Positions 37,636 through 50,083 of a DNA stretch of 64,000 bases are shown here, in pieces. Made by a program: the position numbers and the translations under genes. The first letter of the stretch is position 1, and every line of letters starts with the position of its first letter. The notes below the pieces were generated by a model, which was not told the origin of the DNA, ran no database searches, and saw only the letters and a list, made by a program, of their open reading frames with translations. The stretch is from Mobula hypostoma (Eukaryota): assembly GCF_963921235.1 (NCBI RefSeq), contig NC_086108.1:101434001-101498000 (forward strand), given 5' to 3'.

Positions 37636-38289
37636 GATTCCCCCTTTTATTTCTTCTTCCAAAGTGCATGACAATACACAGATTATCTGAAAATGATCTC
37701 AGGTTTACCAGGTCAGAAACAAAAAACTCCTTGTGTCCACATTCAATTGCTTTGATTAGATTATCCCAGAGCGAGAGTCAGTAATCAAACAGTTCACAAG
37801 ATGGAAGTTACAGAGAAGCTTCACAAATTGGGAACCTCCACTCAATCAGCACATGGCGAGAACCAAGACAATTGGTGTGTCCCTCACCCATTTGAGTTTG
37901 ATGTTTTCTTCCATACTTTAACTCCACCATGGCCAATACTATTCATTTTTAAATCTTTAAATTTCTGGGTGTTAATATATTGAATGACCTGTATTGGGCT
38001 CAGCAGAGAGGTGCTTGTAGGGAATATTCTAGAGTTGGGTTACATTGCAAAATATTAACTTCAGCAACTAATTTCTGCAAACAATCTTTAGAACTGAAAG
38101 TGGATGGTAAATTAAATTTAAAATATAGCCCTGGACGATAGATTCCTAGAGATCTGGACAGCAGGTAACTGGAAAACCGGACAATGCTAATTAACATTCA
38201 TTTTGGGTGTCTGGAGCGGGGTGTGAAGAAGGAGGTGTGAAAATTCTATGTAATTCAAAGGAAGCATTGTAGATACATTGTGCATATGG

Positions 38290-39808
38290 AGTTGTCCTTT
38301 GATCTTTAGCATATAAAATGTCATACTCCCCACTACACACCATGGAAGATTGTCAATTTTTAGATGTCATGCCGAAGCCCTGCAAACTCCTGAGGAAGTA
38401 GAGGCACTGCCGTGCTTTTCTCACAATTGCACATATGTGCTGGAGCAAGGACAAATCCTCTGAAATAGCAATACCTAGGAATTTAAGCATGCTAACCCTC
38501 TCCACCTCTGATACTTTGATGAGGACTGGGTCATGGGCCTCTAGTTTCACCCTTCTGAAATCAGTTCCTTTGTCTTGCTGACATAGAGTGAGAGGCTCTT
38601 GTTCAGATTTTCAGTCTTCCTTCTATATGCTGATTTATCACCTCCTTTGATTCAGCCCACGACGGAGGTATAATCAGAAAACTTAAATATGGCACTGAAG
38701 CTGTGCTTAGGCACACAGTCGTAAGTGTAAAATGAGTAGAGCAGGGTATAAACACATAGCCCTATGGTGGACCTGTGCTGATGGAGATTGTGGAGAAGGT
38801 ATTGTCAATCTGAACTGACAAGGATCTAGAAGTATGGAAATCCAGGATCCAATTGCACAAGGAGGTGCTGAGGCCAAGGACTTGAAGCGTATTGATTAGT
38901 TTTGAGGGGATGATGGTATTGAATGCTGAGCTGTAGTTGTTAAAGAGTATCCTGATGTATGCACCTTAGCTGTCCAGATGTTCTAGGATTGAGTAAAGAG
39001 CCAATGAAATGGCATTTGCTGTGGACCTATATATGCTGATAATACAACCATTGTCGGCAGCATTTCAGATAGTGATGAAAGGGCCTACAGGAGCAAGATA
39101 TAACAATTAGTTGGGTGTTATCACAGCAACAAATTTGTACTCAATGTCAGCAACACCAAAGAGCTAATTATAGACTTCAGAAATGGTCAGATGAGGGAGC
39201 ACAAACCAATCCTCATAGAGGGATCAGAAATGGAGTGAATGAGCAATTTCCTGTGTGCAAAATCTCTGAGGACCTAACCTAGTCCCAACATGTCGATGCA
39301 GCTGTAAATAAGGCAAGACAACAACTGTATTTCATTCGAAGTTTGTCAACCGGAACGTTCAAAAACTTCTACAAATATACCAAGGAGATCCTCTGTAGTA
39401 TTCAAGACACCTTCAAGCAGCAGTGCCTTAGGAAGGTGGCATTCATCATTAAGGACCCTCACTACCCAGCACATGCCCTCTTCTCATTGTTACCATCAGG
39501 AAGGGGGTACATAAGCCTGAAGGCACACACTCAGCAATTCAGGAACAGCTTCTTCCCCTCCGACATCCCATTTCTAAACATGCATTGAACCTGTGAACAC
39601 TACCTCACTACTTTTTTATTTCTGTTTTCTTTTGCACTACTTACTTTCAACAGAACTATTTAATAGACATATTAAATGTCTATGTAAGAATAACTTACTT
39701 TTATTCAGTATTTTTTCTCTATATGTATTATGTATTTCATTGTATTGTTGCTGTAAAGTGAATGAATTTCATGACATGCCAGTGATATTAAAATTGATTT
39801 TGATTCTG
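38290..39808. mobile_element. Two Rex1/Babar fragments in opposite orientation (~38290-39028 minus, ~39030-39808 plus)
   Basis: KFLGIAISEDL..RKARQCLYFLRSL on minus; YADNTTIVG..FRNSFFP and tail on plus. Confidence 0.75.
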
Positions 39809-40389
39809 AAAGCAAACTGAAGTTTTATATTTACAGAGGAAGTTCAGTGCAAACAATAAAGTGCAAATCATATTGAAGCAGATTGTGAGGTCAGGAGCCT
39901 AACTTATTGTACTAAGAGACTTATAGGCCTGGACAGCCAATCATTACAGTCAATTAATGTAGTTACTGTTGTAGTGGGAAACCTAACAGCCAACTTGGAT
40001 GCAGTATGCTCCTAGAAAAGTCAACGCAATAATTATCACATATTGGCTTGCATTAATTCATTAAAAACTTCAAATTAATCTGAGGACAGAGATCCAGCAA
40101 CCTCTTTGATGCTGACATCGCCTTTTCCAAAGTTGGCTGCTCACATTTCAGTTAACCCACCAATTAGTGGGGGTGGCAGGAAGCGTAGCGATTAGCAGGA
40201 AACTTTCAGTTGAAGCTGGCACTACTGAGGGTGAATGACAACTTCCAGGTGGCTCAGAAAAGAAGAAATCCAACTAAATACTTTATTAATAGCACTTTTC
40301 TGGAAAAAAATTAACTTTGCTGATCACCGCAAACAATGAAGAGGCAAGTGAAGGCGAGGCTGAGTTGAAGGTCGAAGAGTGCATTTGCA

Positions 40390-41240
40390 AGGAAAAGTTG
40401 AGGCACATTTGAGACGGAGTTGAGGCAAGTGGAGTGGAGAAAAGTCACAGTGGAGGAAAGGCAGTTTCAGGGTCCCTCCTCCTAAACCAAGAGTGAGATT
40501 GATTGATTTGGCACGAACTGAAACGTGGCAGTGGGGTCTAGGCTCAGCGAGCATTGATGCAAGAGGGCCCTGGTCCTAGTGTGAGAAATGACCCAATGTT
40601 TGGACAATTTAAATGCTGGGCCAGAGGAATTGAAAAGGCAGGGTGTCGGGATCAGAGGCGAGGGTTGGTTCAGTTCTGCTCGGTGTTCTGTGAAGCTTTC
40701 TCCACTAAGGGCTGAATGGAGGCTGAGGCAGTGGGCCTGCTCTGTCTGATCCTGGCTTTGTGTCTGTGGGCTCTGTCTGATCCTGGCTTTGAGTCAGCGG
40801 GCTCCTTGACATTTACTCTGTTATTTACTGAACTGAGGCCCATGATGAAGGTCTGCTCCAGCTGCTGCGGGCTTTGTGTCTGTGGACTCAACCATGTATA
40901 CTCCACTCTGTGTTGAACTGAGGCTGAGGCTGTGGGCCTGTACCAGCTGACCTGGGCTTCATGTCTGTGGGCTCCACGGCATTTACTCTGCTATTCACTG
41001 AAATGACTCTGATGCTGTGGGCCTGCTCTGCCTGTTCTGGGCTTCATGTTTGAGGATTCACTTTCATTCCAAATGGTACTTGCTTATTTTATTGCTCTCT
41101 CTCTCTTTCTCTGCACACTCGGTGTTTGACAGTCTTCTTAATGGGTTCTTTTGGGGTTTCTCGTTTGGTGGCTGCCTCTAAGGAGATGAATCTCAAGGTA
41201 TACATATTTTGGTAATAAATGTACTTTTGAGCTTGAACAC
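40390..41240 (+). mobile_element. Unclassified non-autonomous retroposon with internal imperfect tandem repeats
   Basis: Repeated CTGAGGC..TGTGGGCCTG..GGGCTT.TGTCTGTGG units at 40720-41060; AATAAATGTACTTTTGA tail. Confidence 0.5.
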
Positions 41241-41276
41241 TTTACAGTGCCAGGGATCACTGCAATAAAAAACTTA

Positions 41277-41985
41277 GCTCAAAGTTCAAAGTAAATTTTA
41301 TTATTGGAGTATATTTATCACCACATACAACACTGAGAGTCTTTATCATATGGGCATACTCAGCAAATCTATAGAATAGTAATTGTAAACAGGGTCAGTG
41401 AAGGATCAAGTAGAGCACAGAAGACAACATACTGTGCAAATACAAATATAAATAAATAGCAATAAAAATTAAAGCATTAAATAACAAGATGAAGAGACCT
41501 AAGCGTAAGATCATTTGCTGTGGGAACATTTCAATAGATGAGTGTACTTACCCTCCTTTGTTCAAGAGCCTGCTGGTTGAGGAGTAGCAATTGTTCTTGA
41601 ACATGATGGTCAGTCCTGAGGCACCTGTACCTTCTGCCTGATGGCAGCAGTGAGGAAAGAGCATGGCCTGGGTGGTGGGGATCTTTGATAATGGATGCTG
41701 CTTTCCTGTGATAGTGTTTCATGCAGATGTGTTCAATTGTTTGGAGGACTTCACCTGTAATGTACTGGGCTAAATCCAGGAGCTTTTATAGGATTTTCCA
41801 GTCAAAGGCACTGTTGTTCCCATAATGCAGCTAGTCAATACACTTCCTTCTAAACTTCTATAGAAGTTTGTCAAAGCTTTTGATGTCCTGGCAAATCTCC
41901 ACAGACTCCTAAGGAAGCAGAGGTGCTGTCTGGTTTTGGCTCATGGACTTCTGTTTTCCCTCTCCTGAAGTCTACAATTAGCAGC
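41277..41985 (-). mobile_element. Rex1/Babar LINE 3' end
   Basis: RKAASIIKDPHHPGHALSSLLPSGRRYRCL; tail AATAAAATTTACTTTGAACTTTGA on minus. Confidence 0.8.
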
Positions 41986-42664
41986 AGAAACACATACCCA
42001 TAACATCATATGAGCAGCATTCACAAATTAATCATAATTTTTAGAAGAAAGGAATAACAAAGCTAAGTCTATTTTAGTGCAAAGTGATCGAAGTAATTAC
42101 AGTGTTATTAAATTCTGGTGATGAGGGTTTTGCCAGTCATTCCAAAAACTGAATGGTTGTACTAAATGGTAACTGTTCTTGAACCCTGTGGTGTGGAACT
42201 TCAGGTTTCTGTACCTCCTGCCAGTGTGCAACTGTGGGAAGATGACATGGCACAAATTGGGAAATTAAAGAAAATAGAAAAAAGTTTTGTATGCATAAAG
42301 AGAAAGATGATAACCAAGGGAAAAATTTGTGTTATAGGGAGCAAAAAAATCATAAAAGCAGAAGACTTGGAAAGGCTTTTTAATGATTTTTTTTGATGCT
42401 ATCTTTAAAAACATACTAGCAATACCAATGTTGAGATTAATGAGGATTATTGAAAATATTTGATTGGATAAGCGCAGAGAGAGAAAAAGGGGCAAAATAC
42501 ATAAATCCCAAGGCTACACTGTTATATATACCCACATATTAAAACAGAAACAAAAAAGGAAGTTGTAGATGCTCTGACCCCTATCACCTCTGGTCACAGG
42601 AGTAGTACTGAAGCCTGAGAAGTTTGTTATTGTTGTGCCTTCCTTTAAAAAGACAGGAAGGGAT

Positions 42665-45600
42665 AAGACCATAATACCATAAGACATAAGAGCAGAATTA
42701 GACCATTGAGTGTCTTCTGCAATTCATCATGGCTGATTTATTATCCCACTCAACCCCATTTTCCTGCTTTCTCCACATATCCTTTGATGCACTGACTATC
42801 AAGAACCTATCAAGTTCCACTTTAAATATACTCAATGACTTGGTCTCTACAACCATTTGCGGAAATGAATTTCACAGATTCACTTTCCTTAAGAATTTCC
42901 TTCTCATCTCTGTCCTAAATGGACTTCCCTCTATTCTGAACCTGTGCCCTCTGGCCTAGGCACAACCACTATAGGAAACGACATCTCCATATCCATCCTA
43001 CCTATGCTTTTCAATATTTCTAAGCTACAATGAGCTTCCCCCAATGTTCTTCCGAACTCTAGTGTGTACAGGACCAGAGCTATCAAATGATCCCCGTATG
43101 TTAATACTTTCCTTTTTGGAATCATCCTCATGAACCTCCTCTGGACACTCTCCAATGCCAGCACAACGTTTCCTAGTTAAGGGCCCAAAACTGCTCACAA
43201 TACTCCAAGTCTGGTCTGACCAATGCTTTATAAAGCCTCAGCGTTATATCCTTGATTTTATATTCTTGTCCTCTTGAAATGAATGCTAACATTGCATTTG
43301 CCTTCCTTACCACAAGTAAGAAAGTTAATTGCAAGTTAACCTTTAGAAAATCCTACAGAAAGAAGCCCAAGTCCCCTTGCAGCTCTGATTTTTTAATTTT
43401 TCTCCATTTAGAAAATAGTTCATGATTTATTCCTTCTGCCAAAGTGCATGACCATACACTTCCTGACAGAATGTTTAATCTGCCACTTCTTTGTTCATTC
43501 CCTGTATTTGTCTAAGCCCTTCTGCAGACATCCTGCTTCCTCAACACTACCTGTCTCTCCACCCATCTTCATATTCTCTGCAAATAGTCACAAATATATC
43601 AATTCCTTCATTCAAATCATTGACATAATATGCAAAGGATCAGTCTTAACATCGACCCGTGCAGAAAACCTCTAGTCACCGGCTGCCAACCAGAAAAAGA
43701 GACCTTTTATTCCCACTCTGCCTCCTGCCAATCATCCAATCCTCTGTTCATGGTAGTATCTTTCTTTTAATACAATGCTTGTTAAGCAGCCTCATGTGTG
43801 GCACCTTGTCAAAGACCTTCTGAAAATCCAACATCCACTGACTCTCCTTTGTCTATCCTGCTTGTTATTTCCTCAAAGAATTCCATCAAGTTTGTCAGGC
43901 AATATTACCTCTTCAAGAAACCATGCTAACTTTGGCCTACTTTATCTTGTGCCTCTAGGTGCCCCAAAGCCTCATCCTTAATAGTGGACTTCAATACATT
44001 ACCAATCACTGAAGTCGGGCTAACTGGCCTATAATTTCCTTTCTTCTGCCTCCCTGCCTTGTTACAGATTGGAGTGGCATTTGAAATTTTCCAGTCCTCT
44101 GGAACAATTCCAGAATCTAGTGATTCTTGAAAAATCATTACTATTGATTCCAGAATCTCTTCAGCTACCCTTTCAGAACCCTGGGGTGTAGACCATCTCG
44201 TCTTGGTGACTTATCTACTATCTGACCTTTCAGCTTCCTAAATACCTTCTCCTTAGTAATGGCAGTTACACTCACTTCTGCCACCTTTTTCTAATCTATG
44301 GCACATGCTAGTGTCTTCTACTTTGAAGACTAATGTAAAATACTTATTAAGTTCCTCCACTATTTTTTGTGCCTTATTTGTACTTCTTCAGCATGATTTT
44401 CTCATGGTCTGATATCTACTCTCGCCTCTTTAAACTCATTATACATCTGAAAAAAAGACATATTGTATCCTCTTTTATATTATTGGCCTGTATACCTTCA
44501 TATTTCATTGTTTCTCTCCTTATGGCTTTTCTCATTGCCTTCCATTGTTTTTTAAATGCTTCCCATTCCTCTAACTTCCCAGTAATTTTTCCAATATTAT
44601 ATGCTCACTCTTTCCTTGTCAGCAACAGTTGCCTCATCCTCCCTTTAGAATAGTTCTTCATCTTTGAGATACATCTATCCTGCGTCTTCTGAATTGCACC
44701 CAGAAACTCCAGCCACTGCTGTTCAGCTGTCATCCATGCTAGTTTCCCATTCCAATCAACATTGGCCAGCTCCTCTCTCATGTCTCTGTAATTCCCATTA
44801 CTCCAGTGTAATACTGATACCTATGATGGTATCTTCTCCCTCTCAAACTACAGGGTGAATTCTATCATATTCTGATGACTGACTCCTTAGGGTTCCTTTA
44901 CCTTCAACTCCCCTAATCAAATCTGGTTCATTACATGATTCAATCCAGAATTGCCCTTCCCAAGTGGGATCAACCACTAGGAATGGTTAAAAAGCCATCT
45001 TGCAGGCATTCTACAAATCTCGTCTCTTGGGATCCAGCACCAACCTGATTTTCCCAAACTACCTGCATGTTGAAATCCCACATGACTATCATAATATTGA
45101 CCTTATCACATGCATTTTATATCTCCCATTAGAATTTATGATATATCACAATCCTGGCTACTGTTCAGAGGCTTGTATATAACTCCCATCCTGGTTTTTT
45201 TGCAGTTTCTCAACTCTGCATACAAGGATTCTACACCTTCGGATCCTATGTCTCCTCTTTCTAAGGATTAGATTTCATTTTTTTACCCACAGAGCCGCCT
45301 TATTCCATATACTGGTTCATTTAAATATAATGCCTTCAGTCCTGTCTTCATCACACTTTTTGATCTTTCCCCCATATTACACTTCAACTCCTCCCACTAA
45401 CTGCAATTATGTCAGCTTCTGCATGTCCTTCCTCACAGTCTCGTTACACAAAGGACTTGTACGCCAAATGCCCCCTCCTCAGCCCTATCATTACAGTTTC
45501 CATCACTTCTGCTAAATCAGTTTAAACCCTCCCCAAAACCTCTAACTAAAGGTTCAGGTGCAACCTATCCTTTCTGTACAGATCATATCTTCTCCAAGAG

Positions 45601-45680
45601 AGATCCCAATAAACCACAAATCTGTAACTCTGTCCCCTGCAGCACTTCTTTATCTACTCATTCATCTTTATGATCACCCC
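42665..45680 (-). mobile_element. Decayed CR1, ~3 kb
   Basis: IFQESLDSGIVPEDWK..GNYRPVS, LESVQRRFMRMIP; tail at ~42665-42690. Confidence 0.85.
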
Positions 45681-46190
45681 GTGAGCATCCTCTGTAACTT
45701 CTGCCATCGCCAAAGGAATCCTACCACCAAACTTATATTTACCTCCCCTCCCTCCGCTTTCTGCAGGGATCACTCCCTCTAGGATTCCATTGTCCAATTT
45801 CCCTCCCAGGACTTATCCCTGCAATTGGCCAAAGACCTGCACCTGCCATTCACCTCTTCCTCACCTGCATTCAGTGTCCCAAACAGTCGTTAAAGGTAAG
45901 GCAATACTTCACCTGCAAAACTGCTGGAGCAGTCTATTGTGTCAGTTGCTCCTGAAGCAGCCTCCTCTACATTGGTGAGATTGATCATAAACTGGGGGAC
46001 AGCTGTGTCAAGCACCTCTGCTCCATCCACCAAACACGGAACTTCCAGGGTTGCCAAGCATTTTAATTTCAGTTCCCATTCCCGTCCAACATGTCGGTCC
46101 GTGGCCTCATCTTGGAGGATCAAAGCCTTATATTCTGTCTGGGTAGCCTCCAACCTGATGGCATGAATATTGTTCTCTCCTTCTGGTTAA
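45680..46190 (+). mobile_element. Old Penelope-like GIY-YIG fragment
   Basis: FTCKTAGAVYCVSCS*SSLLYIGEI..VAKHFNF..LGSLQPDGMN remnants. Confidence 0.8.
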
Positions 46191-47238
46191 AAAAAAACCT
46201 TTTCCCTCTTCCTTCTTCTATTCCCTGCCTTCATATCACTTCTCCCCTTCAACATTAGCAAATCTCTCACCACTTAAAAAAACACTCTGAAATTCTGTTA
46301 TGTTCAACAAGGTGGTTCACAATTCAATTTTCTCCATTGTATTGCACCTTACATGTTTTTTGCCATGCATTCAGTTTGTCTATTTCCCAATGAAATCTCT
46401 TTTGATTCTCTTCCCTTCTCATAATCCCCATTGCTGGAAATCTACAGAACTAGGCTTTTCTTTCCTCTCTATGGATGGTGCCTGTACTGTTCAGTACTTA
46501 GGTGTTCTGCTGTTATTACCATCATAATCTTGAGCCTTTCTCGTTTCAAGTAGCCAACTCCAGCAAGCACCCTGGGGGCTGACTGAAAGGTAAGAGAGTG
46601 AAGGTGAAGTCACACCGTGACTTGGCAGTCTATGTCAGAGAGATAAAGTGCACAACATTTGGGATTAGAGGGAGAGAAAACAAGTAAGTGCGAGCAAAGG
46701 AAAAAGAGCCTTTAGTCATTGGGGGAAAGAAATTCATGCCACAGTCTCTAAGGGCGAAAATCTGAGCGTTTGAGCAACAGACTGTGATTCTCATTTTTTA
46801 TTGAGTATTGCTACTTTGTATACTATGTAATTTATTGAATAAATTATTGTGCTTGTAACTAATATACCTAAATGCCTTGTGGTTTGTTGTAGTCACAAAT
46901 GTGTCTTGAGTTAGATTAAATATCAGCTGAATTGACAAACCTTACACTCGAGATCACACCATACAATTCAAATTTTGAATGTTGATTTATTGCAGAACAT
47001 TACCAAACAGAAGTTTCCATATACACCAGCAGTTAATTGATCACAAGTAGTATGTGAGACATAAATCTATGTTTCTCAAAACAAGAAATCTCTCTCATAC
47101 GGGTGCACTCAAGTTTCTGGCTATCACTAATACCTATATTTCTTGACTGAAAGTTGCCTTTCATTCCTGTGATATCCAGTTCACTTTTCTTTGAAGAAGT
47201 CTAAACCTGACCTTGACCTTATTCATAGTAGTAAGAAA

Positions 47239-47241
<3 letters not shown>

Positions 47242-47273
<32 letters not shown>
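47242..47273. repeat. (CA)n microsatellite
   Basis: Direct observation. Confidence 0.95.
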
Positions 47274-47275
<2 letters not shown>

Positions 47276-47630
47276 CCCCTCCATCTACAGCTTGGACTCC
47301 TAAGTTAACCACTTTTCCATAGATGCTGTCTGGCCTGCTGAGTTCCTCCAGCATTTTGTGTGTGTTGAACCATTTCTAAGCCATCCGTCTGAACACATTT
47401 ACCCCCACCTCCCAACCCCTGACTCTTTCCTAGACACTTAGGTACATCACCTCACCTTAAAATTCCTCAGCATCCTTATCATTATGTCAGGATGAACTTC
47501 TTCCTTCAACCAGTTTTTGTCAAGCTTGAAGTTTTCCTTGAAACCTCTAACATATACCTAGTCGAAGATGGATAAGGGCTTGTGTGAGAGAAAATGTGAC
47601 AGGCACTGATGATGAACTACTAATTTCACT

Positions 47631-47750
47631 ACAACACACACAAAATGCTGAAGAAAGTCAGCAGGTCAGGCAGCGTCAATGGAAATGAGCAAACATTCAA
47701 TGTTTTGGGCTGAGACCTTTCATCAGGACATCTGCAGAATATCTTGTATT
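47631..47750. mobile_element. Short older PLE terminal fragment (degenerate hammerhead on minus, short tail on plus)
   Basis: GGGCTGAGACCTTTCATCAGGAC followed by CATCTGCAGAATATCTTGTATT. Related stubs at ~47317-47368 and ~49985-50058. Confidence 0.65.
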
Positions 47751-48505
47751 CAAAGTTTCAAGACATCAGGCAGTCATAATAAACCTGATTCTGAAGTGGG
47801 GGAATGGAACTGACAGGATTGCCCTGAGTTCCAGTACGGATTTGATGAATGGCCTCCTATGTCACATAGGAAATTCTCTGCAGACTAATAGGTGGTTTGA
47901 GCAAGAGGGTCACAGTCCATATTGTTAAAACTACTCAATTATGAAATTGAATCCAGGACAGACTTTGAAAAGTGAAGTTCAGGATTCACTGAAGTCTGAC
48001 AAAAATATTCAAAATCTATTGGGTTCAAATTTCGAAAACAGTCTAAATACTAAAAATCTGTCAGCAGTCTGAAAACAAGTCTAGATACCAACTTAATATA
48101 TTTACTCTATGTTAGCAATGCAGATACTGTATTTCTTATTGTCATTCATCATATAATTTATGATTTGCACAGTACTACTGCCACAAATTAACACATTTCC
48201 TGATGTATGTTAGTGATAATAAACTTGATTAGATTTATTAAGATTTATTTTAGCTCTTTAAAATTTACTGGCAATTCATGATTGTTTTAAGATGTAAACA
48301 TGGTTAACAGCTAAACCTTTGTCAAATATGATGGAAAGAAGCCAACTTTACAACAGATTATTGTGATAAGAGAAATAATATAAAGGAAATGTCATCCCAT
48401 AACAGAAGAATGGACAGTGCTTTCAATTTGAACAAGCATTAAGACCAAAAGGTTATAGAGCAAAATTAGACCATTTGGCCTGTTAATCTGCTCCACCACT
48501 CAATT

Positions 48506-49278
48506 GTTCAAAGGTTCAAAGATCAAATTTAATGTCAGAGAAATGTGTACTATATACATCCTGAAATGCTTTTTCTTCACAAAACATCCACGAAAACAGA
48601 GAAGTGCCCCAAAGAATGAACGACAGTTAAACGTGAGAACCCCATGGTCCCCCCCCTCAATCTCCCCTCCCGTGCATAAGCGGCAGCAAGTAACGATTCG
48701 CCCTCCCCCCACAAGCAAAAGAAAGGTGCGTCGGTACCATCACCGAGCCCAAGCGTGTGCTAAGCAATAGCAAAGACACAGACCAAAGTTATACCAAAGG
48801 CTTCGCATTTCATCCGACATTCGACAAACCACAGGTTCTCTCTCTTCCTAGCAGGGGAGAGGGAGGTATCCCCCATTTTCATAGCGAGTGGGAGACATAA
48901 CAACAACCCGTTGGTTTACGATGTTAAAAGTCCATTTCATCGGTTTTTTCGAGCCCTGTGTCCAAAGCTCGCAAAGACCTTGGGTCTTCAGGCCCACAGC
49001 GAAAGATTTTCTGGCCTCCTGGACGACACACGAGTCTCCTGCCATGATACTGGCCCTTGATCCACCCATCTCCAGAGCCCCAAGACCTTTGGCTTCCAAA
49101 CGCGAGCGAGACCCTCAGGTCAAACTCTTGGCATGTGGAATAACGGCCAGTCATGGGACCCTGAGAATGGGTCCCATTCCTGCCAAGAACCTGGTGTGTA
49201 ACTCCAGGTCAAGGTCTTCAAAAGAACCCCAAAAGGGAAAAATAAAAATATTAAAGGTAGAAATAGAGCTGTTTCCGA
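48506..49278 (-). mobile_element. Unclassified non-autonomous retroposon nested in an old minus-strand CR1 3' end (~48440-49790)
   Basis: Colinear similarity with 22431-23075; GTTCAAAGGTTCAAAG tail. Confidence 0.7.
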
Positions 49279-50083
49279 CATTTGTGGTTGACATGTTTAA
49301 GGCTTATTCTCCTGCCTTCTCCCATAAAGATTAAATCCTTTCCCAATCAAAAGCCTATCAATCTCCTGAAAGTATCCAATGACTTGGCTTCCCCCACACT
49401 TTCTGGCAACAAATTCCATATATTTGCCACCTTTGGCTGAAGAAATTCCTCCTCATCTCAGTTTTAAAGAGAAATCTCTTTATTGAGATGCTGTGCCCTC
49501 AGATCTTGTACTCTCCTACTAATGGAAGCATCTTCGCCACATCCACTCTATTCAGATTAGTCAGTATCCGGTAGGTTTCAATAAGATCTCCTTCATCCTT
49601 CTGTACATCAAGTACAGGCCCAGAACCATCAAATGTTCCTCATACACGAAGCTTTTCATTCCTGGGATCATTCTTGTGAACCATTTCTAGACCTCTCCAA
49701 GAACAAGCCATCTTTCCTTAGATACAGGGCCAAAAATTGCTCATAATATGGTCATAATATTGACAAATATATAACACCTTATATAGCTTTACAGTACTAT
49801 GGAAGTTGCAGCAAGGCAAGGGTTAAGGTAATGTCCAGGCAAGGAGAGTTTACAGATAATGTGCAGTCAACCTATGCAAGAAAGGCCTCTGAAGAGAGGT
49901 CTTTGATGATCATAATTTCCCTTTGCACAGCAGGGGACTGGCACCATTTGGCATGATGAAGTCATAATAAAAGCTATTGGCCAGAAACATCCATTGTTTA
50001 CTCGTTTCCATAGATGCTGCCTAACCTGCTCAGTTCCTCCAGCATGTCATGAGTGTTGCCACAGTGTGATTGGTGACTGATTA

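Noticed and set aside
37680..38290. Possible exon in a non-repeat island
   Set aside because: Open in more than one frame, weak donor site and no recognisable peptide.
38290..39808. Opposed Rex1 fragments as a single twin-primed insertion
   Set aside because: The fragments cover overlapping parts of the element and I found no shared TSD.
40720..41060. Repeated units as a CRISPR-like array
   Set aside because: These are imperfect tandem repeats inside a eukaryotic retroposon, with no constant repeat/unique spacer pattern and no cas genes.
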